DNA of 64,000 nucleotides from the human T2T-CHM13v2.0 reference genome, Homo sapiens (GCF_009914755.1 NC_060947.1); one strand, 5' to 3'; positions 41,815 through 55,369 are shown, counted from the stretch's first letter. Notes: a model not told the origin generated them from the letters alone. Translations and numbers: made by a program.

Positions 41815-42720
41815 AGCTTATTCATTAATTCATTCAACATATATTCATTAAATACTACTAGTGCTAAGTATAGTGCTAGGTCCTGGGAATCCATCAGTGT
41901 TAAAGCCTACATAGTCTCCATTGCCATGGAGCTTATTGTCTCACCCTCACTAGATAAAATGCCCTGATTGTCCTTTTAAAGCATTGGAACTCATTAATTC
42001 TGGATCAATTTCAGTCCCCTTCCCTCTTGTAGCTCATGAAAGACATGTATATAACACTGAGTCTGACAAAAATATATACACCTGAAAAGAATATTGGTAT
42101 ATATCTGGCTACCAAAGAGATGGATGCACACATGCAAGAAAGATAAACTCAAAAAGGCTGGGTTCCAAAAGTGCTCATTGTTGCTGGAGGCAGGAGGTAA
42201 CCTGCACCTCAATCACAAAACCAAAATACTCTGAATCCCTGCTATGGGCAAGGCCACATACTAAGCTTTAGAGGGCGAATAATGAGTAAGATGTTAAACT
42301 GTCTAAAGTAGAGATAAGCTCATGGCAGTGGTACAGAAAATAAAGGATGGAAATAAAGGACATTATGAAGCAATGATGGAACCTAATGACTGGTTAGATA
42401 TGGAGAGCAAAGTACAAGAAGAAAGAAAAGAAAGCCTCAAGGTTTTAAGCCTCAAGGGTAGCTGGAAGAATGATGGTATCATCAACAGAAACTGGGAAGT
42501 TGGACAGGGGATCCAACCTCGGAAATATGATGTGCTCACCGTTAGAAACACAATGAGTTTCAGATATCAGCAGAATATCCAATTGTACATGTGTGGCAAG
42601 AGGTTGGAGACATGGGACCATAGTGTAAGAAATATTTTAAAAATTATTTATATAAGAAATAGCAGTTAGAGTTATAAAGGTAGATGAAATCCCCAAGGAT
42701 AAAAAGGTAGAGGGAGAAAA
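41815..42720 (-). mobile_element. L2 fragments (41815-41940 3' end; ~42300-42720 internal)
   Basis: ttcattcaacatatattcattaaatactac..gtgctaggtcctgggaat; tgactggttagatatggagag, ccaattgtacatgtgtggcaagaggttggagacatggga. Confidence 0.6.
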
Positions 42721-43224
42721 ACAAATAATGGATCTCAAGTACATTCACAGTTTGAGTGTAAGAAATAGAAAATAAGCCAGGAAGAAATGTCCATGTTCTT
42801 TACTCAAGGAGGCTTCATGGGAAGTAAACAGCACTGATATCAGACAAAGAGAAATTGGTTCATCTTGGAATGGTGATATGGGTAAGCAAAGGATTAGGGC
42901 ATATCAGAAAATGGAGTTAAACTGATTCACTATATTGTGGCCCTTTCTACTGCAAAATATATCTACCAGACTCATGTTTTAGTGGGGTCACATTAGAATC
43001 CTTTAGTTGAGGTATTCCACAATAAAAACATTCTTTGAGCAGGAGTCTAAAATTCATCTGCCATATCTAAAGGCCCAATCCAAGATTCAGACACCTCAAC
43101 TTAAGAAGTCCTAAATGTCTAAACAAGAGAAAACAGATCAGATTTAAAGAAACCAGAATTATGCTGTTAACAGTTAGTAACAAATGAAGACTCAAGGGAA
43201 TAGTAGCTGAATACCCTGAATACT

Positions 43225-43410
43225 TGCCTTACCACTTACCTACTGTGTAACGTTACTCAAATTACTTTAACTGCCCTTGGCCTCAGTGTTCTAAACTTGC
43301 AAATTGGAGATGATAACTGTGCAACCTTCATAAAGTTATTGTGGAAATTAAATGAGATAACACTTTAAAATGAATAGCGTAGTACTTGGCACACAGTAAT
43401 TGCTCGTAAC
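43225..43410 (+). mobile_element. MIR SINE
   Basis: taccacttacctactgtgtaac..ggcctcagtgttctaaacttgcaaattggagatgataa..attaaatgagataa..tggcacacagtaa. Confidence 0.8.
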
Positions 43411-44234
43411 TTGCTAGATCATACACATGCGCACACACAAGTCAATGAGCAACACACAGAGAAGTCTACATAAGGAAGAGAGTGGCTTGAAAACTGAACT
43501 GTCTACTATAATTTAAAATAACAACTATGTCAGTCACCTAAGATTATCTATGTCCTCAAGAGATAAGTGGAAAGAGCAAGGTTAGCAGTTTTTGCTAAAG
43601 ACCTACTAAGTTTATAAGATTAAAAAACACAAACTCAAGAATGAGATGAGAAAATACAAAATGAAGAAAGCATATTCACCCTTTCAGGAATGAGGCAGAA
43701 GAGAAGATTCTCATGTGGTTTGGCAAACTGGAAATTTAATATGAGAAAGTATTATTTTAAAAATATTCCATACACAGTCCTCTTTAAAATTTTAGTCTTA
43801 TCCAAAAAATATTATTATTAAATAAGTGATATTATGACACCGGAAGTAACTATCAGTGCATGCTATGTGGATACCAAATTATTCGAGAACACTTATTTCT
43901 ATCATAAAATGACAAGTCATAGAGATGAAAGCAAAATGATAAAATAATCTACTTTGATTTCTATAACAAATTTGACATGAATTCCATGACATTCTCAAAA
44001 GCAATGAGAATAAAGGGCTTACACTAGAGTTCAGTAACCTCATTATACTGGAGGACCCCAAGAAGTCTGGAACAATACTAAGGAGGGCCACATAGCAGAA
44101 AAAGGAAACAGGAAAAGATGTGTAGAGAAAAAATAAGGGGAGGCGAAAAAGGGGTAGAAGAGGGAAAAAAGCAATACCATGACAAATGTGTCCAGTTACT
44201 ATTGTAGAGTGCTTAGCACAGTGCCTGGCACAGA

Positions 44235-44326
44235 GTTAAATGCTGTATATATTTGCTAAATAAAGAATTTGGTATTCATAGTTAAATGCTGTATATATTT
44301 GCTAAATAAAGGATTTGGTATTCATA
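44235..44326. repeat. 46-bp tandem duplication (2 copies, 1 mismatch)
   Basis: gttaaatgctgtatatatttgctaaataaag(a/g)atttggtattcata at 44235-44280 and 44281-44326. Confidence 0.95.
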
Positions 44327-47211
44327 GCGCTAACGACATTACTTGCTTACCCTTTGTGTAGACATTCACATATTTGAAAGCAAAAGCCTAGGGCAAATGA
44401 TTTCTCAAGGTCCTCTGCAGCTTGGTTATTTCATAGTTCTGTTTTCCATCATTGTAAGAGATTTTACTAGAGGAAAAACACTGATGGTATTGTCAACACA
44501 TCAGAATTCTGTTTTCTATGTCATCACTTTCCATTTTACCTAAATGTATAATAGGACTATATTTTTCTAACAGCCAGCACTCACTTGGTAGACTTTTTAG
44601 AATTTGTGGGCATTATATATTTCATTTGATACTATACACATTAACAACTTGTATTATTCTTTAAAAAGCCCATTCATTTGTAAGATAGCCCTGTCAGTAA
44701 GCTCTACTGTAAATCATTTGGTACACAGAACTCTGTGTTCCCATCAGTAATGAAGTAGGCATTTTTATTCAAATGTTAGCAGGATGTTCAACTCCCAGGA
44801 TAATGATTAAGCGAAGATTTCCTTTTTTATTCTGCAGACAAAGCAGTTACCACACTTACAGTTTAGGCTCTCAGGGACAAAAATCTTAATGGAGGCCAAG
44901 ATTTTCTCAGACTTTATGGAAATAACCTTTTAAAAAGTTTTCATTCTATGGTCCCTCTCTATGGCAATTCTGATTTCTTTTTCCTGGGGTCAGAACATTC
45001 TTGACAGGCTTCCCACTCCCATGGTATTCTTTAATACTATTGTGATTTCCACATTTATCTTTCTAATAAATATTTCATCTGTCTGAAGGCATAATCATTG
45101 TGTGTTTACCAAATGACAAAATGACTTACAAAAATGTACTTAACTGAAAACCAGCCTTTCTTAGAATTACTAAAGGATTTTCTTAGAGCTTCTCCCTCCG
45201 CCTTTTCAAACTACTGCTCAGCAATAAGATGAATAATAACTTCATGTACTTTTTTATGATTAAAACTATAAACTTGGTGCAAACTGGTACTCAGCTGGCA
45301 CTCACATTTTCCAGTATGTAGATGTAAGCTTGGATCAGGCATGTACATAAGTGCATCTTTTATTCTGTGTTCATACACCATATACAAAATATTAAAGCAT
45401 TAATCAGGGTGTTTTTGAACACAGGTGTAAAATTAAACAAAATTAAGAAAGGCATTGAAAATTTGTATTATTGATATTAACTTATTGAAGGTTTACATCA
45501 TACACCTAAAGGTTTACATATTATAGCCATACCATTTAACTAGGTGAGCATTTTGCAAATAAGACGAGAACAAAACCAGTGATCTATTACACACAGTGAC
45601 ATGCTCAACTATGTCACTTGAAGTGTACATTTTAAAATTAAATTTCATGTGCAGTAGTACAGATGAGTCTGGGACAAAATAAGTAGCTGATGCATTCACA
45701 GAAAACAGCTATTTAAAGTCATATGAGTTGAACAGTTTCATCTGACATATGTCAGACATTGAATGAAAACAGGACAATATTTGAAGGTCACCAGCTCAAC
45801 ATCTATACTATAGAAAAGACCCTTGCTACTTCAGATATGGTGCCACAAGGCATGGGATTATATTGTCCCTTTGTACATATTTCAGAATTTTTGTCATTGT
45901 TTTTTATTTTTCTTTACCTTTAAAAAAAGTATATATAGTGATTCTCAATATACTTTGGAAATATGTAAAGCTGAAGAAATAGTGATTTCAAATTTATTAA
46001 GGTGAAATGGAGGTCTGTGAAAAAGCTGGACTTTGCCTCACCCAAAAGACACATTTCTGCATTCAGCTGTCAAGTTAGCAATATCATGGGGCTGAAATAA
46101 CACTCCTAAGGAATAACTTCTTCTCAGTGAGATTTCCAAGAAACTACAAGAGCCATTTCTATTAACTCTGATCCCATTTCCTAAGCATCCAATGTTGGAC
46201 TTTTTGTTGATATACATGGATGCATTTCAGATCATGGCTTATCTATAAACACGTAGCAAAACCCCAAGGTTTTGTTTTTAGTTTTGTAGTTGTTTTTCTT
46301 CCATATTTTTTTCTGGCATAAAAGAATAAGTACTAAGGAATGCATCTTATTTTCCTGGAAAGATCGGAGCTAAATGTTACAAGAAACTGAATTGAGTCTA
46401 CAAGTTAAGGTTCTTTATGAGCCTTGCAGATGGAAGTGTATGGGTGGCTGTCCTATCCACAAATTACAAGTACATAATCAGTCTCTAAGATGAGCAGCCT
46501 TCAAAGGAGAATGAATGATACAGTTAAGTGTATCTTTTCAAGGAAGTTTTGGCAGTGAATGACTATAATTGACCATCTTATCATATTTTTGCTCCCCATA
46601 TTAAGATGATTCTACAGCTTTGTGGAACTGCAAGCTGACAAGTAAATTGATAATTTTAATATGCTAGAATATTTGTAAGGATATACTATGTGCCCAAAAT
46701 GACTGATTTACCAGTACAACTGCCCCCTTGCAACAAAATCAAGTCTATCAATTTAATCCTTTTTGTTTAGTATTCACTTCTACTGCTCCTCAAAATTCCC
46801 TATATTATTCCTCATCTCACCATTGCATGTAGGTACTTTATCTTGTTTTAAGATCTTTCCTTTGCCTACTCTCAACCTTAGAGAGATAGATTCAGTGAAA
46901 TATCTGACCATTACTGAAATAAGCTACAAAAAAAAAGAAAGAAAAGAAGAAAAAGGTCAATCTGTATGGTACTCTTCTATTTTCCTCTACTTACCCACAT
47001 GGATATTCTGCCATACTTTGATTTTTCCTTTTTGGTAAGGAAGTAACGTAGAGAAAGCTAGGTCACACGGGTGTTCAAGGGGAATTTTAAAATAAACATG
47101 TTTTGGATTCACTGATCTATACTATAAAAAGGATGATTGCCACCTATGAGCAAATTTAACACTCAAAAATCCTTATAGGACTGACAGGAAATATGCACGA
47201 TAGCTCAATCT

Positions 47212-47371
47212 AGCCTGGCATGGTGGCTCATGTATATAGTCCCAACCACTCAGGAGGCTGAAGCAGGAGAATTGCTCGAACCCAGGTGTTCAAGGCTGCA
47301 GTGAACAATGATTGTGCCATTCACTTCAGCCTGGGTGAAAGCGTGAGACCCCATCTCCTAAAAAAAAAAAA
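47212..47371 (+). mobile_element. Alu right-arm monomer (FRAM or truncated AluJ)
   Basis: gcctggcatggtggctc..caaggctgcagtga..cagcctgggtgaaagcgtgagacccc + A-tail. Confidence 0.85.
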
Positions 47372-47732
47372 TGACCTATATTTTGACTACTCCAGTTTTG
47401 CACAAAGAAGAGTTAATATCCAACCTGAAATAAGGAAATGACCTCATTTTAAATTAAAAACGAATAAACAAAAACTAATGCCTAAATTATTTTTTCAGGT
47501 TTTCTCACTTAGATGTTCTGTTGGCTCACCAAACTCAACAGGTATAAAATGGAATCCATTATTCTACCCCCTCCCAGAGTTGTACTTTCACTTCCGGAAT
47601 GTGAATGGCACCAAGGCATATAAATGGGGGTGGACTGGGAGCAAGAGAAGCTAGTAGTACAAAAGTATAGAATCAAGCTGCCCAGAAGAAAGCCTAGGAT
47701 CTGATCATAAATCTTGTTTAAAGATTTTTAAA

Positions 47733-47850
47733 GGCCAGGTGCTAATCCTGGTGCTTTTGGGAGGCTGAGGCAGGAGGACGGCTTGGGGCCAGAATTTCAA
47801 GACCAGCCTGGGCAACCAAGTGAGACCCCATCTCTACAAAAAAAAAATAA
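47733..47850 (+). mobile_element. FLAM-type Alu left monomer
   Basis: ggccaggtg..gggaggctgaggcaggagga..agaccagcctgggcaac + A-tail; TSD taaagattttta at 47719-47730 and 47851-47862. Confidence 0.88.
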
Positions 47851-48041
47851 TAAAGATTTTTAGCTGCCCTCTCTTGCTAGGGTTATGAACATTTTCTTTT
47901 TCAACTCAGCCTAAACTTGCTTTTAGTAATGCTGAATAGTATCACTATCTGACTAGGCTTTCAAGCCAGAAACCTTTCCCTTATGCCCATATCTAATAAG
48001 TGACCCATGCCTGTCAGTTCTACATAGCATATCTCAAATCC

Positions 48042-48228
48042 CATGGTTCTCAAAGTGTAGTGCCTGGACCAGTGGCATCAGCATCCCCTGGGAACTTGTT
48101 AGAGAGGCAAAATCTTGGGCCCCACCTCAGACCAACTGAAACAGAAACTCAAATGTAGGATCCAGCAATTTGTTTCTCAACAAGCCTTCCAAGTAATTCT
48201 GATGCATACTCAAGTTTGAGAATCACTG
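48042..48228 (+). mobile_element. MER5A (hAT-Charlie), inside an L2 relic spanning about 47930-48410
   Basis: tggttctcaaagtgtag..catcagcatcccctgggaacttgttaga..ttctgatgcatactcaagtttgagaatcactg. Confidence 0.9.
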
Positions 48229-48445
48229 TTCAACTCTGTCTCTTCATTGCTATCACCATTGGTAATTGCCATCTGCCCCCATCATCTCTTATCTAGCTTT
48301 TAGCAGTAGTCTCCTAACTGGTTTATTGGTCTTCATATTTGATCCCTCCAATCCATCCTCCATACTACCACCTGGGTGGGCCCTCTATATCACAAACATG
48401 ATTACTGACGTCTTTCTCTAGTTCCTCCTTCCCTAGAGCAGTGAC

Positions 48446-48756
48446 TTTTTTTTTTTTTTTTTTTTGAGATGGAGTCCTGCTCGGTCTCCCTGGCTGGAGT
48501 GCAGTGGTGCAATCTTGGCTCACTGCAACCTCCGCCTCCTGCCTCCCAGGTTTCTCCTGCCTCAGCCTCCTGAGTAGCTGGGATTACAGGTGCACACCAC
48601 CACGCCTGGCTAATTTTTTTTTTTTTTTGTATTTTTAGTAGAGACGGAGTTTCACCATGTTGGCCAGGCTGCTTTTCAACCCCTGACCTCAAGTAATCCA
48701 CCTGCCTTGGCCTCCCAAAGTGCTAGGATTACAAGCGTGAGCCACCGTGCTTGGCT
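48446..48756 (-). mobile_element. AluS, full length
   Basis: Poly-T plus dimer; degenerate TSD gagcagtgactttt / gagtggtgactttt. Confidence 0.95.
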
Positions 48757-48782
48757 GAGTGGTGACTTTTAAACCATGTTCC

Positions 48783-48925
48783 ACCAGGTGTGGTGGCTCA
48801 TGCCTGTAATCCCAGCAATTTTGGGAGGCCAAAGCAGAAGGATCACTTGAGGAGTTGAGACCATCGTGGGCAACACAGTGAGACCCTATCTCTAAAAAAA
48901 TAATAATAAATAAAAATAAAAAATA
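48783..48925 (+). mobile_element. FLAM-type Alu left monomer
   Basis: ccaggtgtggtggctcatgcctgtaatcccagca..gggcaacacagtgagaccctatctct + A-rich tail. Confidence 0.88.
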
Positions 48926-49469
48926 TATATTTATGTAAATAAAATCATCAGTGTTCCTAGGTGGCTGTTTCAGGAGTTGCCCTTAAGCAAGAAAGAGGTT
49001 CAGAGGGCAATAAACCAAACTTCAAATTTCACAAGCAACATTAGAAAACCACTGGCCTACAGGAAAAAAGGAGATCCACCTTAGTAGGATACAGGCTAGG
49101 GAAATCCATCTATATCTGTCTCCAGCATACTTCTCTATGCTTATCTCTTCTCATGCTTACATTCCACATGACCCTCTACCTGTAAAGACTGATTGCAGTT
49201 TCCCTAAGAGACCAGGGTATTTGATATTTCTCTGCCACTTATTCTTTTGCTTAGAACATATTCTCATCCCTACCATTTGTTCATCTGACAATACCAAATT
49301 ACCATTCCCTATTCCCCAGCAGTCCACACTCACATGCCTGGTCCTAGTATTACCGGCATTACCTCCTCCACGAAGCGTTTCCAGATATCTGCTTCTCATT
49401 CCCCCCTACCAGATGAAATTGTTTGCCCATCCTTTGTGCTCTTACTATAGCAAGAATAGTGGCAGAAGT

Positions 49470-49720
49470 AATAGCTAATATTTATCGAGCATACACTATG
49501 TTATATGCCAGGCATTGTGCAAGGTGTTTTATGAATTATTTGCATGCCATTTTCAACATCACAACTCTGTGAGGTATAATTATTATTCTCATCTTAGAGG
49601 TTAGGAGATTGAGATTTAGAGAGATTATTCTTAATCTACTTGCCCAAGCTGTACAGTCAATATGTGGCCGAATTGGATCTTCTCTTGGTTTTAAACCCCA
49701 AAGCATATGCACTTACCCTC
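49470..49720 (-). mobile_element. MIR SINE
   Basis: aatagctaatatttatcgagca..tgccaggcattgtgc..acaactctgtgaggta..acttgcccaag. Confidence 0.8.
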
Positions 49721-50339
49721 TACTACAGAATTAAAGAGGACACACTCAAGCTACAGCATTTTTAAAAAGGAAGAAAAGGAGAAGAGAGGAGAGAAATCAT
49801 TCTGGGTTGCAAACAAACGTATCTGAGGACTGGCCCTGAGCAATCGGCCACTAGCTTGAAACTTCAATTTCACACTCTACTTAATACCCAACACCTAGAT
49901 TGTCATGAAACCCATGCCAGGGTAACTTGTTAGGATATTAGTGCCTATATCATTCTTCCTGCTGCGGGTGTCCCATGAAAGAAAAAAAGATAATTTTTTA
50001 CTTCTCACTTATCAACAAACCTTGTATCCTAGGTATCAATGTGGAGGGATATGGGACAAGGGGATAGGAGGAGGGAGCACAAGTGGTCCACAGAAGGAGA
50101 GGGAAGGAGGACTGAATTCTCTCTGAAATTGGGAGTGGCAGTGATAGAATTGCCAGGTTTTTCAGGGACCTCACAAATCGCTGTAGTTCTGATGGAGGGA
50201 CCTGATATGGATATCTAGAAAAAATGGTCACTAGGTAAATAACCCTGTGCACCAATTTCAGCATGAAGAATGCCTTTCAGTAATCATGATCAACAACTAG
50301 AGACTACTCCTTACATTTTCCGTACTGAGTAAACCTCAG

Positions 50340-50868
50340 TGTACTAGTTTGCCATTGCTGTTGTAATAAATTACCACAAAATTGACAGCATAAAACAACA
50401 CAGACTTATCTTAGAGATCCAGGGGTCAGAAGCCTGAAGTGGGTCTTGATAGGTTAAAATCAGGGTATCGGCATGGCTGAATTCTTTCCTGGAGGCTCTA
50501 GGAAAGAATCAGTGTTCTTGACTTTTCCACTTTCTAGAGGCCATCCACCTTCCTTGGCTCATGGCCCCTTCCTCCATTTTCAAAGCCAGTAAAATCAGGC
50601 CAAGTTCTTCTCATGGGCCCATCTCTCTGTTTTTCTCTCTTTTGTTCTTTTCTTCCACTTTTAAAGATGCTTGTAGTTACATTGGGCCCACAGAGATAAC
50701 CAGGATAATCTCCCTATTTTAAGGTCAGCCGATTAGTAACCTTAATTCCATTTGCAATCTTAATTCCTCTTTGTCATGTTCACATGACATGCCATATTCA
50801 CAGGTTTCAGAGATTAGGACACAGACATCTTTTCGGCGGGCGGGGGGGGGGGCATTTTTCCCACCATA
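50340..50868 (-). mobile_element. MLT1D-like MaLR LTR
   Basis: tgtactagttt..aaattaccacaaa..ctggaggctctagg..ccttggctcatggccccttcctcc..ggataatctccctattttaaggtcag..ttcacaggtttcagagattaggac. Confidence 0.9.
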
Positions 50869-51669
50869 ACCAATGATTACTGCAGATTTGAGTGGAGAGC
50901 TATTTTAGATTACACACATCATTGCCTTACTCAGTAGGTTTTGATATATGAATCTTTTAAACTTATTTTAAAAATGCCATGAGCAAGTAAATTCATAGAA
51001 ACTCCATACCTACAACACTTGATTATTTTATTTCTCTGTGTATAGCACAGTCCCCAACTCTCTACTATGAGCTTATGAGTAAGGACTATGTTCCATATTA
51101 CTTTTTGTTTCCCCAGCACCTAGCACCATGCCTGGCACACTGTAGAGACTTATAAATGTTTGTCACAGTAATAAATAAATAAAAAGTGCTTCTTCTGGAA
51201 AAGAACATTTGTAGAGTTGTATTTGTAACTTAGTTCAGAGCTGTACATATCTTGAAAAATGAATCTACTGCTAAAAAAGAGGGGAAAAAGCTGAACATAC
51301 ACTATTTAAAAATCAATTTAAAATAGATGTCAGAGGCATTTTTTATTATTTCTAAATTAGATCATTCATCAGTGGAATGCAGAGCAAAAGAAAGGGAACT
51401 GCTCCCCTAAACCAAATGAATTCTTTCTTATATCTCATTTCAAATCAATAAGGTGAAAGTCTCTTCTAAAATATTATGATTCATGAACTTCATTTACTGC
51501 TCATTCTTTTGGTTTCATCAGAATAGCCATGTTAATATAGTACTAGAATTGTTGATATTTTATTGCATTGCCACATCTCATTATTATGTATTAAATGCTA
51601 TTATTTATGGTCACTACTTAATCTGACGTGAGACAGAAAAATTACTGAAGGCTCGGCACCTCAGAAGTA

Positions 51670-52070
51670 GGCATTTTATAGGGACAAAGAACTGACTAGG
51701 AAGAGTCAATGGTCCTTCAGCTGCCCCTCAGATCATTAACTCCAAGTGGTTATTTGTTCTCAGGCACTGTCTTGTGCCCAAGTTGTTACTGCTGTGATAT
51801 GTAGATGAAGGAGAATATATTTTAAATGTTTTAATATGAACTCAATGCTCATGAAAGGTGCCAGATTGAAAGCATTGGAGTCTGAAGTCATCAGGTTACG
51901 CACTTGGATGGTTTCAAGGTACAGAGAGATGCTTGACCTCGAACGACCATCATGCAAGAAGGTGAAAACATAGTTTGCTGAACTCCAACAGACTGGCAGA
52001 GAAGAAGCACAGCAGCATCCCAAAGTGAAGCATTTTTATCAAGGAAGAAGACTCAAGACTACTAGCTAAA
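51670..52070 (+). mobile_element. Possible ancient RTE-clade LINE ORF remnant (L4/MamRTE-like)
   Basis: Broken frames give FYRDKELTRKS, AVICR*RRI, ERCQIESI, RLRTW, FAELQQTGR in the order expected for the post-RT region of RTE LINEs; resemblance judged by eye. Confidence 0.35.
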
Positions 52071-52299
52071 CTTCAGCTTGAAACTATTTATTATAACGCC
52101 AGTACTAGTACGCATGGAGTGAGTGAGTGATAGTGGCATTAGAATACACAATTGCTTTAAATCAAGGAAAAATATACTATTACCAACTCACTAAACCACT
52201 TAACAAGGAGCAATCTTTTAAATGGTGTGTGTATTCCAATTTAATTGCTAATCTTGATTCCGTATTGCATATCTGAGAACAGCCCTGAATTTTCTAAAA

Positions 52300-52480
52300 A
52301 TCATACAATGTTTGAACAGAAAGACAGTTGGAGTTGTTCAGCCCAAAGTTTTTATAATAGACTTGAGAAAACCAATGCTCAGAGTGAAGAAGTGACCTGA
52401 TGAGAAACGTATTACTAATATAAGACTGAGAGTAGAGCCCAGGCTTCCTGATTGACAAACAAGGGCTTTTCTACTATGTC
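52300..52480 (-). mobile_element. MIR-family fragment
   Basis: atagacttgagaaaaccaatgctcagagtgaagaagtgacctg..agagcccaggcttcctga. Confidence 0.6.
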
Positions 52481-54529
52481 ATGTTGTCTTTCTAAAAGAG
52501 GGAAACTAGCTGCTCTCTGAAACTTTTAAATATTTAGTGCCAATTATTTTTATAAGTGTGCATTCTTTGGGTCTGTCAGGCATTTTCCTCTCCATTCTGA
52601 TCCATTCATTCACATTAGCTTAGTAAGACTAACATTTTCCACACATTTAAACTTTCCTAGTGTGAAAAATACTTTGCAATTAGTATTGCACAACTGGCAG
52701 ACTCATAATTACCAAATTAAAAAAATTATTTTCACAAATGACATTATATGCAAAATCTCGACTTACTTTTTAAGTAAGTTTATCTTTTAATGTCATTTTA
52801 TTTTCTGATCTTACATTTTTTTTCCTATAGTAATCTGAACTTTTTGGCAATAGTATTCCCTTAAAGACAGTACCTCTGAAAGAAAGGCTAATAGAACTAC
52901 ATGTATAGTCAAAACTGACAAATACGTTTTAAATTTCTGATACAGACTAATATCCAATAATTGGAGCCCAATTAAGGAAACCCTTAATGAGATATTTGTG
53001 TTATATTTTTAGAAGGGCAATGCAAATTCTGAGAGTTTGCAGATTTCTTTTTTACATACTCTTAAAGAAAGTATCAAGTGATGCCAAAGACTTACCACAA
53101 ATTCAGATCATCCTTTTGACTTTTTTACAGCTTGAAATGAGAATTCACATTTGAGTAATGATGCATAGCACTGCAAGATATAGGTAGCAAAGGGAAAAAA
53201 AATCAATGCTTTCTGTGCCTTAGTTACTAAGGACTGAACATTGACCAATATTTTAATAAAAATTAAAACCAATGAGGGAGATCCTTCATCTTGCCACATT
53301 TTCTCACGTAGTCCACCTAACAGTGGACTGACTATAGAGAAGCAAACACTCTCAAAGCTCCATTTGAATTATACCTACATTGGCACATTTACCACGAAAA
53401 AAGGCACAATAACTTTTGCCCCAAAGTTGCTCAATACCTGTTTATTGGACATATATAGATAGATAGATGGGTAGATGAAGAGAGGGTAGAACGGAAGGGT
53501 AAACAAATGAATGCAATACCTGTGTAAATACAAATATTTTACATGAGACTTTACTAAAGAATCAAAACATTCATTTCAGGAGGCAAATATTTATGCCAGT
53601 AAAATTTTCTAAATGGAATTATCTGTTCCATTGATATGGAGAAATATTTATTTGTAGTCAGTAAGAACTACTAAATAGTTTTGCAAACATCTTCTCTGGC
53701 TACTGCTGTTCCTACACACTCTGCAGATGTTCCCATTAGTTAAGAAGACTCCTGATTTGAGTAGCTGTATGTGGAAAAGGTCACAGAATTATTCAGACAT
53801 GTAAGACAGCCTGCATATTTGTTTTTGCAAAGACTAAAAATTATGAGGTACAGACACAAGCTTATCTATAAAATGGACAAATAGACTTTAAAAATTTTAA
53901 AACAATGCATTTCATTTACATGACATGCAATAAATACAACTGACTATATCACCAAAACATTCCATTCTTTTCACATTATGTAGCTATGTGTTCAATTCTC
54001 AAAGTAAAATTCAGTGTAAAATGCACATACCTTGATAGGTCCAGAAGTTATGGGAATCAAAAAGGAGACAGCGGAATAAAGGTCACCCTTGTAATTCCTG
54101 TAAACAAATTAGGCCAAATTATCCTTCAAACATATGTGCATGCAAATCCAAAGCAGTCCTTATATGAACGAATGGAAGAGATACATGTGGGGTAGGGTTG
54201 GAAGTGGAGATGAGGGTTGTGAATATAAGAACATTCATTGTGCAATTCACAAGAGATAAAGGGGTCCGCTTTTTAAAAGGTCTACTTGAAATTTCAACTG
54301 ATTATATTAAGTATGCTGCTAACAAAGAATTTCTTAATTATAGAAGAGTATACCTGGAGGAGTATGAAATTCTCACCCATTCCACATAGACTCTCTCAAC
54401 TGAACACTATTCAATTTCCTTTTTTTTTCAATTTTCACTCAACATACCAGTCATTTTGAGATGAAATGCCCACAATTTCAAAGTTTCCACTAGTGTAAAC
54501 AATTTATAATAGTCCTAATTTCTTACATT

Positions 54530-54730
54530 AAAATTGTCCTTTACAATTTATAAAAAAAATCATATATGTATTTCATCTATTTCTCAAACAACTCTGTTAT
54601 AAGATTAGGAAACTAAGGCCCAGAGAGATTAAATGGCTTTTTCAAACTCACATATGTGGTTAGTGGCAGAGCCAGGATTAGAATTCATGTCCCCTCACTT
54701 TTGGTTCAGTCCTTTTACCAACGTCCCACA
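54530..54730 (-). mobile_element. MIR SINE
   Basis: ggaaactaaggcccagagagattaaatggc..tagtggcagagccaggattagaa. Confidence 0.75.
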
Positions 54731-54778
54731 TGGCATCTTTTATTCAACAGGTATAAAACTGACTATAAAATGTGTCTC

Positions 54779-55204
54779 CACTATGGTTTGGATATGGTTG
54801 GTTTCGCCCTGCCACAAGTCACATATTGAGATTTGATCCTTAGTGCTGGAGGTGGGGCCTGGTACGAGGTGTTTAGATCATGGGAGTAGATCCTTCATGA
54901 ATAGCGTGGTGCCCTTATCATGCAAGTAAGTTCTCACTCTTAGTTCCCATGAGAAATGCTGGTTGAAAAAAAAAAAAGCCTGGCACACACTCTCTCTCTC
55001 TCTCTCTCATCATTTAATCTCTGAATATGCTGGCTCCCCTTCACCTTCTGACATGATTGGAAGCTTCCTGAGTCTTCACCAGAAGTGGATTCTGTTGCCA
55101 TGTTTCTTTAAAGCCTGCAGAACTGTGACCCAAATAAACCTCCTTTCTTTATAAATTACACAGCTTCAGGCATTCCTTTATGGCATGACGAATAGACTAA
55201 GACA
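54779..55204 (+). mobile_element. MSTB-like MaLR solo LTR
   Basis: ctatggtttggatatggtt..tggaggtggggcctgg..agcctgcagaactgtga..aaataaacctc..gactaagaca; TSD gtctc at 54774-54778 and 55205-55209. Confidence 0.92.
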
Positions 55205-55369
55205 GTCTCCCATGTGCCATGCTTGGTGCTAAGGAAGGAGCTGTGCTATTATATAATGATCCCTACTAATTTACTCCACTTGAGAGATACACTTCTTCCT
55301 CTGATTTATATATACCCAGTATGAAGTCACCTGGATTTTTAACATATGAACTTTTAAAAAGTCATTCAT

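Noticed and set aside
45741-45756. Perfect 16-bp palindrome tctgacatatgtcaga
   Set aside because: About one palindrome of this length is expected by chance in 64 kb.
51760-52023. 87-aa minus-strand ORF
   Set aside because: Non-ATG start, no recognisable similarity; the opposite strand has the more suggestive signal.
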